A program made the translations under genes and the position numbers. The notes beneath the pieces were generated by a model. The model was not told where the DNA came from, searched no databases, and saw nothing but the letters and a program-made list of their open reading frames with translations. A stretch of DNA of 64,000 nt from a virus (Duplodnaviria; Caudoviricetes), in IMG/VR virus record IMGVR_UViG_3300026549_000895, positions 64,001-128,000 of that record; one strand, given 5' to 3'. Shown here piece by piece: positions 51,132 to 60,710 of the stretch (position 1 is the first letter of the stretch; every line of letters starts with the position of its first letter).

Positions 51132-51986
51132 TTACTTGTTTTTTATTTCTTCTTTGGCCTTTCGCTCGTATCTTGTGAGTCTACATGAGCTGCATCTTTT
51201 AGGAATCGATAATCCTCTTCCCAGATAATAATCTCGATGTGACTTGGAAAGTATGAAATAATCTCCACAATCTTTACATCGAATAACTTCCTCATTTATC
51301 TTCTTCAGGATGGACTCGGCTCTCTCCATATCTTCATCTATTTCATGAACATAAATTCGTTTCAATTGTTTTTCTATATATTCAACAGATGAAGCAGAAT
51401 TTTCAAATATTCCGAATATCGAATCTGTTATTGTACCTCTAACATCCAGATGCTCAGTTAAATGGTAATCAGTCATGAATGTTAAAGCTTCACCATTATC
51501 ATTCATACTAATACCATTAGCGTTGTGAAGTTCCCCAAGATGAAATAAATTCTTCCTGTCAAATCTTATATCATACACAGGAATATATGTTTTCAGAACT
51601 CTTCTCAGTCTTGGATTCTTAATAACATTACGATGCTGATCAGATTTGTCCCAAACGACAGCATACATGTCATAATCACTTCCATTGACTTCTTCAATCA
51701 AAGTGTTTATTACATTAAGATTATCAGGAATATTCTGAATTTTGTGATTAGTAGCTTTGTCAAAATAGTACTTATCACCAAGATATGAACGATATGTGTC
51801 ATTATTGTTTATAAAAGATTGTGCAGTTTTCGTTCTTTTCTCGATTCCTTCTTTTAATCCATCGCGAATATCATACAGATATTCGAGAATGTCGTTTGTG
51901 TATGAAATGTTTTCATCAGAGTCATTATATTCTCTGATGACCCAGATTTTATTTTCCTTGAAATCTACAGTGTTCATTATTTTCAC
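51132..51986 (-). CDS. protein with a C-terminal zf-trcl-like zinc ribbon
   Basis: CKDCGDYFILS...Y..RGL..PKRCSSCR. Confidence 0.75.
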   Translation of the reverse strand: MKIMNTVDFKENKIWVIREYNDSDENISYTNDILEYLYDIRDGLKEGIEKRTKTAQSFINNNDTYRSYLGDKYYFDKATNHKIQNIPDNLNVINTLIEEVNGSDYDMYAVVWDKSDQHRNVIKNPRLRRVLKTYIPVYDIRFDRKNLFHLGELHNANGISMNDNGEALTFMTDYHLTEHLDVRGTITDSIFGIFENSASSVEYIEKQLKRIYVHEIDEDMERAESILKKINEEVIRCKDCGDYFILSKSHRDYYLGRGLSIPKRCSSCRLTRYERKAKEEIKNK

Positions 51987-52002
51987 TCCTTTGTATTATC
52001 TA

Positions 52003-52029
52003 TGTTGGAGCCCTGTGACGGGCTCCAAT
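52003..52029. terminator. hairpin similar to the one at 51095
   Basis: TTGGAGCCC-TGTGAC-GGGCTCCAA. Confidence 0.65.
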
Positions 52030-52058
52030 AATCTTTATGGCTTCTCATAGATAGTTGG

Positions 52059-52253
52059 TCATGTTGAACTTGGGTAAGCTCCTTCCGCGGCATATATCTT
52101 TTTAATACAGCCGCGCCTTGTTGTTTCGCAAATTATGAGATTTGTATTTGGATATGTTTGACATACATTCTGTGTTATTTTTGCGAGTCTTGCATCACAG
52201 TAATGCATTCTTCCAAGTCTCTGTTTTAGCTTCTTTCTTATTCTTACTTTCAT
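52059..52253 (-). CDS. small basic protein (MKVRIRKK)
   Basis: Start reassigned to the internal ATG. Confidence 0.5.
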   Translation of the reverse strand: MKVRIRKKLKQRLGRMHYCDARLAKITQNVCQTYPNTNLIICETTRRGCIKKIYAAEGAYPSST

Positions 52254-52620
52254 TATTTGAAAACTCCTCATCAAGAAATTCCAATATAGACATATCTTCA
52301 AGATATTCAATTTTTGATTGAATAATATCGTTGAACTTTAAATGCGATTCACGAGTCGGCTTTTTAGGAATTCTTTTTATTTTCTTAAAATACTTATAAG
52401 CACGCTTAATATTTTTATTGAATATCTTGTAAGTAGGTAATTCAGATTCTTTTAAGCAATTCACCAGAACATCATTCATCACACTCTTATATTTTTTCAG
52501 ATATGCTTTATCAAGTCCTCTCTGATAATATTTCAATAACTCCCCGTAGCCTATTGCTGTACAATCATATGCAGGGATATAAATCTGATGTTTCTTTGAA
52601 TATCTATATGCTGCTATCAT
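52195..52620 (-). CDS. basic hypothetical protein
   Basis: KNI.RA.KY shared with the adjacent gene. Confidence 0.65.
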   Translation of the reverse strand: MIAAYRYSKKHQIYIPAYDCTAIGYGELLKYYQRGLDKAYLKKYKSVMNDVLVNCLKESELPTYKIFNKNIKRAYKYFKKIKRIPKKPTRESHLKFNDIIQSKIEYLEDMSILEFLDEEFSNNESKNKKEAKTETWKNALL

Positions 52621-52982
52621 TCTACTTCACCTGCCTCATATGCTCGATTGAATGCATGAAATGCGGATACTGATAAATCCAAAATTATCTTATCCCACAT
52701 TTCCTGATTTCTGGCAAACGACGAATTCTTATTTTTATACTTAAAAGCTCTGCGAATATTCTTTTCGAACATCGAGGATTTTTTCTTAGGCGGATTGTGC
52801 ATTATAAAAATCATGCGGTCATGCATCCAAAATCTGTATTTGTGACGATAATTCAATTTAAAAGCCATTCTTGTTATTGCTTTTCTTAAATAAGATGAAT
52901 AAGATTCATTTACGACAAATTTATTATCACTACCGAAATTAAATTGGATTTGATGCTTCTTTCGAATACGTTTATTTGGCAT
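52617..52982 (-). CDS. basic hypothetical protein (NKRIRKK N-terminus)
   Basis: Begins MPNKRIRKKH. Confidence 0.65.
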   Translation of the reverse strand: MPNKRIRKKHQIQFNFGSDNKFVVNESYSSYLRKAITRMAFKLNYRHKYRFWMHDRMIFIMHNPPKKKSSMFEKNIRRAFKYKNKNSSFARNQEMWDKIILDLSVSAFHAFNRAYEAGEVE

Positions 52983-52994
52983 CTTCTTCACTCC

Positions 52995-54125
52995 TTACTT
53001 CACGGATGTTCTTGACCCGATATCAAAATGACGGAAGCCAACTTGGTCACATGCTGCGAGTGTGAAAGGTCCGTATGGTGCACAATCCTTATTATGAGGA
53101 CCACCATATGACAATTGACATTCCTGATTCTCTCTTGGACTTACATAATATGAATTGCAGAAACGTTCTAAATGTGCAACGTTATTATCTACAATTGCAT
53201 ATGGTATAAATAACCAGTCATATTTATGCGTCGTATCCTGATAGAACGACCATACGAAGCCGGATGTAGAGGGTAAAGAAATGTGTGTTTCCACTTCATC
53301 AATGACAAGAGCACCAAATATATCAACTTTCGCATTTGATATATATTGATATTTCGTTGGGTTAATAAAATCTTCTATTCCGTGATATGATGCATAAGGA
53401 CGACTGTTCAAACCATACTCAATGAAGTATAACATCTGAAGGCCTGATGCAATTTGAATTGTCCAAGACATAGATAAATCATTCGCTCCAGGAATCTCAA
53501 CATTTTTAGATATGCATACGCTATATATGAATCTATTGGCTTTACGATTCCAAAACATTGGATGAACTTTAAAACCTTCTGGTATTTTTGATGTTTCATC
53601 AAATGCTCGAGATGGAATGATTTCGTATTTAACAATGTTGCCATCATCTATATACGAAACTTTGTAAGCGAATTGTCTGATGAGAATCGAGTTATTTGAT
53701 TTACTAATAAACAATTCTGACAAATCGTTTTCTTCCGTTGTCACATATCTTTCGTTAATGTTATTTCGAGTATCATGATACACGATTGAACGTGTATAGA
53801 TTTTTGGTTCTTCTTTCTCTTCATCATCTAATTCTTTGACTTCTTCATTGTCAGAAGCATTTAAGTCAAACGGTAATGGCTTTTCTATGGTATACATTCC
53901 TTGACATATACCAAACATGCTTATACACGCGGTTTTTGGTTCTCCATTGTCATCATATATTCTGAATATTAATTTATGATTTTCATCATCAATTTCACTC
54001 AGAGTACCTGTATATGTTTTGTTCATATTATATGATGTAATCAAATACGGATATCCAGGTGTCAATGCATCTTTGTTGAATATCTGCACGACAACATCGT
54101 TAATTTTTTCATTGTTCAGTTTCAT
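52995..54125 (-). CDS. hypothetical protein with a degenerate FGE/C-type-lectin-like C-terminal domain
   Basis: FKVHPMF, LQMLYFIEY, YHGIEDF, GG...GPF...IGSR. Confidence 0.5.
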   Translation of the reverse strand: MKLNNEKINDVVVQIFNKDALTPGYPYLITSYNMNKTYTGTLSEIDDENHKLIFRIYDDNGEPKTACISMFGICQGMYTIEKPLPFDLNASDNEEVKELDDEEKEEPKIYTRSIVYHDTRNNINERYVTTEENDLSELFISKSNNSILIRQFAYKVSYIDDGNIVKYEIIPSRAFDETSKIPEGFKVHPMFWNRKANRFIYSVCISKNVEIPGANDLSMSWTIQIASGLQMLYFIEYGLNSRPYASYHGIEDFINPTKYQYISNAKVDIFGALVIDEVETHISLPSTSGFVWSFYQDTTHKYDWLFIPYAIVDNNVAHLERFCNSYYVSPRENQECQLSYGGPHNKDCAPYGPFTLAACDQVGFRHFDIGSRTSVK

Positions 54126-54322
54126 TATTATTCCTCTTTTCTCTTAAATATTTTTCATTCTTTTTAAACAATTACTATCCATTGACAACAGCATGTTGAT
54201 AATTTCATCTTGTTCATTGCTTATTGAATTAATTGTTGGCGTAATATTTTTCAACGGATCCATTGTGTAAATAATCATTATTTATAACCTCCTGAAGTTA
54301 TTGACAGATATTTTCATATCTT

Positions 54323-54337
54323 CATTTGAATAATATA
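54323..54337 (-). promoter_or_regulatory. putative early promoter TATATTATTCAAATG
   Basis: Divergent motif copy. Confidence 0.5.
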
Positions 54338-54396
54338 CATATAAAGAATTAAATGTTAAAAAGCCCCGGATTTACCGGGGCCTTTATTAATAAGAA

Positions 54397-54885
54397 TCAA
54401 GCAATGGTTCCATCCTTGGGTTTGCTGGGATCTTCTACAATTTCAACCTCAGGTGCTTTCTCCTCTTCTGAGTCCTTCGGATCGTTCCTTTCCTTAATTA
54501 CCTGAGCAACTTCGCAGAACAAGCTTGTTATGGTATTTGCTTTTCCCGAAGATGTGTCAATTTCTGATAATCTCAAAGACTGAATCATTGACCAGTCAAT
54601 GGTGTTTATTGTCAGCTGTCCGATGGGAATTTCTTTTTGAGCTGTAAGATCAACATCAAGAACTTCGACTGTTACAGTCTGTGCAGTATGAGTTATAGCA
54701 CAGAAAACTGACTTGTCTTTTGCAATTGATGCCACATATGCATCGCGATCTTTGTTATATACAATGGCATCCGGACCCAACTGGAATTTGGAAGATACAG
54801 TTGCAATAGCTCTGTCAATAACATTGTAGACCTTTGTGATGTTGTTCTGAGCATTCATCATTTGCTGTTCGATAAATCCATTCAT
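54397..54885 (-). CDS. hypothetical protein
   Basis: 162-aa ORF with AGGAG; terminator hairpin at 54363..54381. Confidence 0.7.
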   Translation of the reverse strand: MNGFIEQQMMNAQNNITKVYNVIDRAIATVSSKFQLGPDAIVYNKDRDAYVASIAKDKSVFCAITHTAQTVTVEVLDVDLTAQKEIPIGQLTINTIDWSMIQSLRLSEIDTSSGKANTITSLFCEVAQVIKERNDPKDSEEEKAPEVEIVEDPSKPKDGTIA

Positions 54886-54918
54886 GTGAATTTACTCCTT
54901 TCAATTTTAAAAAGATAT

Positions 54919-55494
54919 TTATTGGTCTTTTGAGGTTGTAATAAATATACCAGCTTTGTCATTCAGTGCGATTCCTACATTTCCATATGTTGATTGAATC
55001 TGATATGAATAATCAAGAAATGAATGTTCCTCAATCGCTTTAACATATTTTGATACTATGTGTAGTTTTCCATCACGGATATCATAACCTAAAATTGAAC
55101 TGAATGATTTGACGTCTTTTGCATATATTTGTTCGCACTCAGATAGATTCAATAGTGTGTAAGGAGAACATATAAATTTTCCATCATCAAATATTAATTT
55201 TATTGTCTGAAGAAAATCCTTGTTTCGTATTATAGTAAACTCTTCAAGACTTGGTTTGAGATTCAGAAAAGAAACTCTTTCATCTATATTCGAAATCGAT
55301 ATTCCGTAATTGGGTTCATTATCTTCCTTTGTATGGGAGTGCGGAGACTTGTACAGCTTTTTGACGTTCTCAGAATCTCCATTGATAGAAATTAAAATCT
55401 TTGAATATTTGCTAATACCCGGAAGCTTGGAAGTTTCTGTTATACGTACTTTCGACAAATCGATTGAATTGTAAAATTTGTCTTTCTCTATCAT
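54919..55494 (-). CDS. hypothetical protein
   Basis: 191-aa ORF. Confidence 0.7.
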   Translation of the reverse strand: MIEKDKFYNSIDLSKVRITETSKLPGISKYSKILISINGDSENVKKLYKSPHSHTKEDNEPNYGISISNIDERVSFLNLKPSLEEFTIIRNKDFLQTIKLIFDDGKFICSPYTLLNLSECEQIYAKDVKSFSSILGYDIRDGKLHIVSKYVKAIEEHSFLDYSYQIQSTYGNVGIALNDKAGIFITTSKDQ

Positions 55495-55573
55495 GACTAA
55501 GTCATCTCCTTATAAAAAATTATGTTCATGTAGAAAAAAGAACACCCCTCATATAGAAGGGTGCTCGTTCATA

Positions 55574-56635
55574 TTAGAAATATTTATTGGCAATTCTTTC
55601 GAATCGTCTCTTTTCTAATATAGATTTTGCAAATCCATATCCAATCTGATAATTTGTATCAGATTCGATATTGGAAATATCTTTGTTGTGTGCTACTATA
55701 TATTCACACGCAGCCACGGCGTCTGATTCGTCGTATTGACCATTCGGAGCCTTATATGAAGCAAATGTCGATATCGACAAATTGCCATATGACAAATCAC
55801 TCTTGTTTCCATTTAAAACAGAAACATGGTGATTATCTATTTCATGGTGAACATAACATTCGAGTGCTAACAGTCGAGCTGAGTGATTAGATTTACCACC
55901 AAGCACTGACAAATACAATGCCCTCGGGCTTTTAATGATTTTGTTTTCTTTTATCGTCTTTCCATCCGGAAGGAGATAAAAGAAAACACCATCCTCTCTG
56001 CACCATAAATATTTAAATTTAGGATGTCTGTATAATGTCATGTTAGTTTCATCGAATTTTCTTTCGTTCGGAAAATCATCTGATTTTGCTTTCAGATGGA
56101 TTTTGTCTCCATCCACAGTATAGATGTTTCGTAAATATTCACGAAACTTTGCATATATTTGGTTATTTGGTTTGATATCTGCATATAATGAAAACATTCT
56201 GATGATTTCATCAATAGGTGTTAATGCCTTCGGTGATTCATCGTGAGATATCTCATTATATGAGTCAAGGATAAATTCATCAAATTTATCCTTCAGAGGA
56301 TCTTTTTCTTTCTTCTTTGGAGTTGTTGTAGTTGTAGCTTTCTTTGGTGTCTTCTTCTCTTTTGGAATATCAACTATGGTTCCATCCGAATGATATTCCG
56401 TTATTCCCTCAACCTTTTCTTCCTTCTTTTCAGAAGGTGAAGGTCTTCGATTGTTAACATTACTGCTGACTTTACATTCGAGAAGAATCTCGCGTACCTT
56501 GAAGAACGCCGAGCGAAATTCTGATGAAGCCATTCTAAGTCCCATTATACATGCAACTGCGTCTGGCTCTTCATTGAATATTGTTTCCAATTCTGTCATG
56601 TTTTGGTATAACTTATTAATCTTTTCAATGTTCAT
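55574..56635 (-). CDS. protein with a degenerate HNH-like C-terminal region
   Basis: SARLLALE..VSVLNGNKSDLSYGNL followed by the C..I..IANKYF repeat. Confidence 0.55.
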   Translation of the reverse strand: MNIEKINKLYQNMTELETIFNEEPDAVACIMGLRMASSEFRSAFFKVREILLECKVSSNVNNRRPSPSEKKEEKVEGITEYHSDGTIVDIPKEKKTPKKATTTTTPKKKEKDPLKDKFDEFILDSYNEISHDESPKALTPIDEIIRMFSLYADIKPNNQIYAKFREYLRNIYTVDGDKIHLKAKSDDFPNERKFDETNMTLYRHPKFKYLWCREDGVFFYLLPDGKTIKENKIIKSPRALYLSVLGGKSNHSARLLALECYVHHEIDNHHVSVLNGNKSDLSYGNLSISTFASYKAPNGQYDESDAVAACEYIVAHNKDISNIESDTNYQIGYGFAKSILEKRRFERIANKYF

Positions 56636-56668
56636 AATATGAACCCTCCTTCTAATCCGTAAGGTGGA

Positions 56669-57271
56669 TCAAGCCGTTGTTTTTGTTTTAGTTGTGTAAG
56701 TTTCTTCTGTGAATATCGGAAGAAATTCATTTACGACATTATCATTGAGCTCTTCGAACTCAAGATATATGTCATGTTCGTCTTGGTGATAATCCACCAA
56801 GGTTCGAGGTTGCTGAACGTTGTCAGCCCCTCTGCAGTCGAAACATGTCAGTGGATTTACCAAGTTTCGAGATGAGTAAAACGCACTCTCTTTTTTGGAC
56901 AGAATGAAGACCCTACCACATTTTCTGCAAATTGTAGGTTCTTCATACGTGTCTGTTTTGTTCAACTTTTTCAGGTCACGGATACAGTTGTTTAGGGATT
57001 TGAATTTGTCCCATGACCTAACTTTGTATCTGGTTGGGTCGTATGGATTATCTATTACTCCGATAATCCATTTGTTTTCATACAAATCAAAGAGGGGTAT
57101 AAACTTCCTCTTGAAATACGAATTCAGAACTGCCAGTCTAATCTTTGTTAAAGAATTGACATTGTTAACAGTCCACTCCGGTGTTGGTATTGTGAATTCA
57201 TCAGCGATGTCTCCATCATCGCGGTGAACAACAATACTATTGTTGTTCTTAAGAACGATGTCTATGGTCAT
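56669..57271 (-). CDS. protein with a zf-trcl-like zinc ribbon
   Basis: CRKCGRVFILS..FY..RNL.NPLTCFDCR. Confidence 0.75.
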   Translation of the reverse strand: MTIDIVLKNNNSIVVHRDDGDIADEFTIPTPEWTVNNVNSLTKIRLAVLNSYFKRKFIPLFDLYENKWIIGVIDNPYDPTRYKVRSWDKFKSLNNCIRDLKKLNKTDTYEEPTICRKCGRVFILSKKESAFYSSRNLVNPLTCFDCRGADNVQQPRTLVDYHQDEHDIYLEFEELNDNVVNEFLPIFTEETYTTKTKTTA

Positions 57272-57279
57272 AATGACCT

Positions 57280-57309
57280 CCTTTCTGATATCAATTGTAG
57301 GAAGATATC
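57280..57309 (-). repeat. 30-bp identical leader with RBS, copy 2
   Basis: Identical to 44591..44620. Confidence 0.9.
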
Positions 57310-57321
57310 GTATCCTTTTTC

Positions 57322-57336
57322 CATATTAAAGATATA
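57322..57336 (-). promoter_or_regulatory. putative early promoter TATATCTTTAATATG
   Basis: Identical 15-mer at 25585 and 61375. Confidence 0.7.
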
Positions 57337-57435
57337 AATATATAAAAAATAAAATATTTTTTGAAAATAAAAATTAATGAATCCCGGGAATAACCCGGGA
57401 TTTTGATGAAACAAATTGTCTATGCTAATTTAATG

Positions 57436-57447
57436 GACGGAACCGTA
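57436..57447 (+). promoter_or_regulatory. putative late promoter GACG-N6-TA
   Basis: GACGGAACCGTA, one mismatch from the 20215 copy. Confidence 0.55.
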
Positions 57448-57495
57448 ATGGTCACTCATCTCATACTCAATACAAAAAAGGAAGGTCGTGTTTAT

Positions 57496-60315
57496 ATGAG
57501 TTTAAAAATTATGACAGATGTGGATTTGAATCAGAACGCGGTTAGAAATATTCCTGATAGTATAGAAACTGTATCGGGAAAACGAATGCATGCATTAGAT
57601 GCCGAATTGTCTTCAGAGTCCGAAAATCCAGTTCAGAACAAAGCTATCAAAGAAGCACTTGATGCACTTGATACAAAGATTGATGGAAAGACCGTAAATG
57701 TTGATGGTAGTTCCGTGATGAAAAGTACGGTCAATAATAGCGAAGTTCTATATGCAGTAGGATATCGAAACATTGTAAACAACGTTGAAAAAGGTGAATC
57801 ATTCAATGTTTCATTTGGTGGTAGAGTACCCCCTGCTGGATCATTGACTGCGACAGGTTTACAGTCACATGCAGAAGGAAATCATCCTACAGCCGAGGGT
57901 GATTACTCTCACGCCGAAGGATACTATGACACAGCTACCGGAACAGCATCACATGCCGAGGGAAATACAACTGTTGCTACAGGTGACTATTCGCATACCG
58001 AAGGTCATCAAGTTACGGCATATGGCGAATCTTCACATGCTGAAGGATATGGTGAACATCAGTATCAGTCCAGTATGGGAACGAACGTAAGATCATTATT
58101 TGACATCGCGGGTACGGCTAATGGTCGTATGAGTTTGGCATTTGGAGATTATTCGCATGCTGAAGGATCATCATCTGTTGCACTTGAAGAAGCTTCACAT
58201 GCTGAAGGAAAATATTCTCGAGCAATGGGATCTTTCTCTCATGCTGAAGGTTTTATGTCATGCACCTCCAAACAAACAGGAAACGCATCACATGCAGAAG
58301 GAATTGAAACTGATGCATATGAGTCTGCCTCACATGCGGAGGGCTACAGAACAAGAGCTGTTGGATATGGCTCTCACGCCGAAGGTCTTGGATCAAGCCG
58401 TAATTCGATTCCTTCATATTATCTTTATGAGAATATGAGTGGATATCAAATTGCACAAATGTGGATCAATTCTGATATAAATGTTGCATATTCAAATGCG
58501 TGTCATACCGAAGGTTGGGGTTGCGTGGCAATTTCCGAATACTCTCATGCCGAAGGAAGCAATACTCTTGCTTATGGTTCTACGTCACACTCAGAAGGCG
58601 AAAGCACAGATGCTTATGGAAATTATTCTCATATAGAAGGATATTCCTCTAACAAATTTTTTCCAACTTCGCTCAGTGATAGTAAAATAATATCAGCATT
58701 TGGGCAAGGCGCTTTTTCATTGGCGAAAGGAACTGCTTCGCATGTTGAAGGTAGTTGCAATATTGCATTAGGCGATAACTCACATGCTGAAGGAGCATAT
58801 AACGCTGTGATCAATCCACACTCGCATGTTGAAGGAATACATAATATTGTATATGGTTCAGAATCACATGCTGAAGGAGACTCAAATACAATAAATTCTG
58901 GATCGAATTACTCTCATGCCGAAGGATACTATAATACTATATCGGGTAATGGTTACTCTCATGCTGAAGGCAAACAAAATGTGATAAATGGAAATTGCTC
59001 TCATGCCGAGGGTTATTCTAATAATATCACAAGCGCAGATTATGCTCATGCTGAAGGTTCTAATAATACAGTTTCAAACAGCAGTGCGCATGCTGAAGGC
59101 TACAGAAATACTGTATCAGGATTACGTGCACATGCAGAAGGTTCTAATAATTTAGCATCTGGAAATTCTACTCATGCCGAAGGTTATGATACTGAAGCAA
59201 CCGGTGATTGTGCTCATGCGGAAGGCGAAAGCACAGAGGCTTCTGGTGATCAGTCTCATGCAGAGGGCTCTACCACATATGCTCAGGGAAATTATTCACA
59301 TGCTGAAGGTTTTACCAACTATGCAGAAGGACAGTGCTCTCACGCAGAAGGTTTTAACAATCATGCATATGATCCATTCTGTCATACAGAAGGTACCGGT
59401 AATGAGGCGCGTGGTGAGTGTTGTCACGTAGAAGGAAGCTTTAATATTATTACAGGAGATTCTGCACACGGTTCTGGAAGCCATAATAAAGGAACTGGTA
59501 AAGGCGGAATGTTCATAACAGGATCCTTGAATACAGGAATTGATAATAATAATCAATACGCTTCTCTTGTTGCAGGTCAAAGCAATAGTATTGGTGAACT
59601 CTCGTATGCCATCGGTACTAATTTGCATGCAAAGAACGGCTCATTTGTAATAGGAAATTACAACAGAACGCATACTACACCAACTCCTGGTGGAAATGTT
59701 CTGAACAATGTTATCAGATTCTTCACTCCTCAAAGTGGAGAAACTTTCTTACCAGAGAATGTGGTTTATGAGAATAAAATCATTGTAAAGAAAGATGACC
59801 AAGATAATGTTGTTAGTTTGATTATGTGCTTAAGAGGACTTGAGTCCAATGTCACAAAGAATCATATCACAAGTGTTACTGTAAACACAAATTTGGTTAA
59901 TGCACAATATTACTCCGTTGAGCGTAGTGCTGGAATTAGTCAGTGTATTGATCTGACAACTTTGCAAGCTGGATATCTGATAATTGATGCCGCTGGAATT
60001 ACTATCGATCCAAATGATAATTATCACGTTGATGTCGAGTATGTAAGTGCCCTTAATGATTCAAGAATCTTCCAAGTAGGAAATGGCATGTATGCAGAAT
60101 TTGAAGATTGTAATAATGAACATGAAGCGAATGCATTCTCTGTTTCTTATGATGGCACAGCAAGAGTTCAAAAGGATATCACATTCAAATACAAAGAACC
60201 CGGTACTGGTCCAATGGCAGGAATACATCGTATTTCCTGTCAGAAGATAGTTCAAGTTTTACTGAACATGGGTGTTAACATAACTGATTTGGAAGTATTA
60301 GATGATACTCCATAA
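57496..60315 (+). CDS. tail fibre/adhesin with SHAEG (YadA head-like) repeats
   Basis: About 30 14-aa SHAEG repeats; LSSESENPVQNK; FQVGNG..NAF.V..DG; start moved to MSLKIM. Confidence 0.85.
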   Translation: MSLKIMTDVDLNQNAVRNIPDSIETVSGKRMHALDAELSSESENPVQNKAIKEALDALDTKIDGKTVNVDGSSVMKSTVNNSEVLYAVGYRNIVNNVEKGESFNVSFGGRVPPAGSLTATGLQSHAEGNHPTAEGDYSHAEGYYDTATGTASHAEGNTTVATGDYSHTEGHQVTAYGESSHAEGYGEHQYQSSMGTNVRSLFDIAGTANGRMSLAFGDYSHAEGSSSVALEEASHAEGKYSRAMGSFSHAEGFMSCTSKQTGNASHAEGIETDAYESASHAEGYRTRAVGYGSHAEGLGSSRNSIPSYYLYENMSGYQIAQMWINSDINVAYSNACHTEGWGCVAISEYSHAEGSNTLAYGSTSHSEGESTDAYGNYSHIEGYSSNKFFPTSLSDSKIISAFGQGAFSLAKGTASHVEGSCNIALGDNSHAEGAYNAVINPHSHVEGIHNIVYGSESHAEGDSNTINSGSNYSHAEGYYNTISGNGYSHAEGKQNVINGNCSHAEGYSNNITSADYAHAEGSNNTVSNSSAHAEGYRNTVSGLRAHAEGSNNLASGNSTHAEGYDTEATGDCAHAEGESTEASGDQSHAEGSTTYAQGNYSHAEGFTNYAEGQCSHAEGFNNHAYDPFCHTEGTGNEARGECCHVEGSFNIITGDSAHGSGSHNKGTGKGGMFITGSLNTGIDNNNQYASLVAGQSNSIGELSYAIGTNLHAKNGSFVIGNYNRTHTTPTPGGNVLNNVIRFFTPQSGETFLPENVVYENKIIVKKDDQDNVVSLIMCLRGLESNVTKNHITSVTVNTNLVNAQYYSVERSAGISQCIDLTTLQAGYLIIDAAGITIDPNDNYHVDVEYVSALNDSRIFQVGNGMYAEFEDCNNEHEANAFSVSYDGTARVQKDITFKYKEPGTGPMAGIHRISCQKIVQVLLNMGVNITDLEVLDDTP

Positions 60316-60318
60316 TTA

Positions 60319-60355
60319 TAATTATATCCTCCCCCAAAACGGGGGAGGATATAAT
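60319..60355. terminator. bidirectional terminator
   Basis: TATATCCTCCCCC-AAAAC-GGGGGAGGATATA. Confidence 0.8.
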
Positions 60356-60358
60356 TCA

Positions 60359-60580
60359 TTATGGATTTGGAGAAACATCTCCACCTTGTTCTGCCAACCA
60401 TTCATCAACTCTTGCAATGATTCCTTCAAGAGAAGCATTTTGAGATTGCATCAAATCTGTTGCTGCTTCCATGAATTCCGTCATTTGAGAAACAACATAT
60501 TTCCATGTAATTAAATACACATTCTTGTTGTCATCTTTTGGGAGTTTGAATCTGATTTGATCAGGTATACTGTTTGCCAT
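60359..60580 (-). CDS. hypothetical protein
   Basis: 73-aa ORF with AGGGGG SD. Confidence 0.6.
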   Translation of the reverse strand: MANSIPDQIRFKLPKDDNKNVYLITWKYVVSQMTEFMEAATDLMQSQNASLEGIIARVDEWLAEQGGDVSPNP

Positions 60581-60710
60581 ATTTATTACCCCCTTTAATA
60601 TTCTTCATAATATTCAACAGCACAATCACATTCAATTGCACAGATATAGGGTCAGACAAAGATGAATAAAAGATTCATAAAGAAACATGAGTGTTCATTG
60701 CCTTGCCTCC

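Noticed and set aside
57860-59490. Repeats as a DGR or noncoding array
   Set aside because: Ordinary in-frame SHAEG protein repeats
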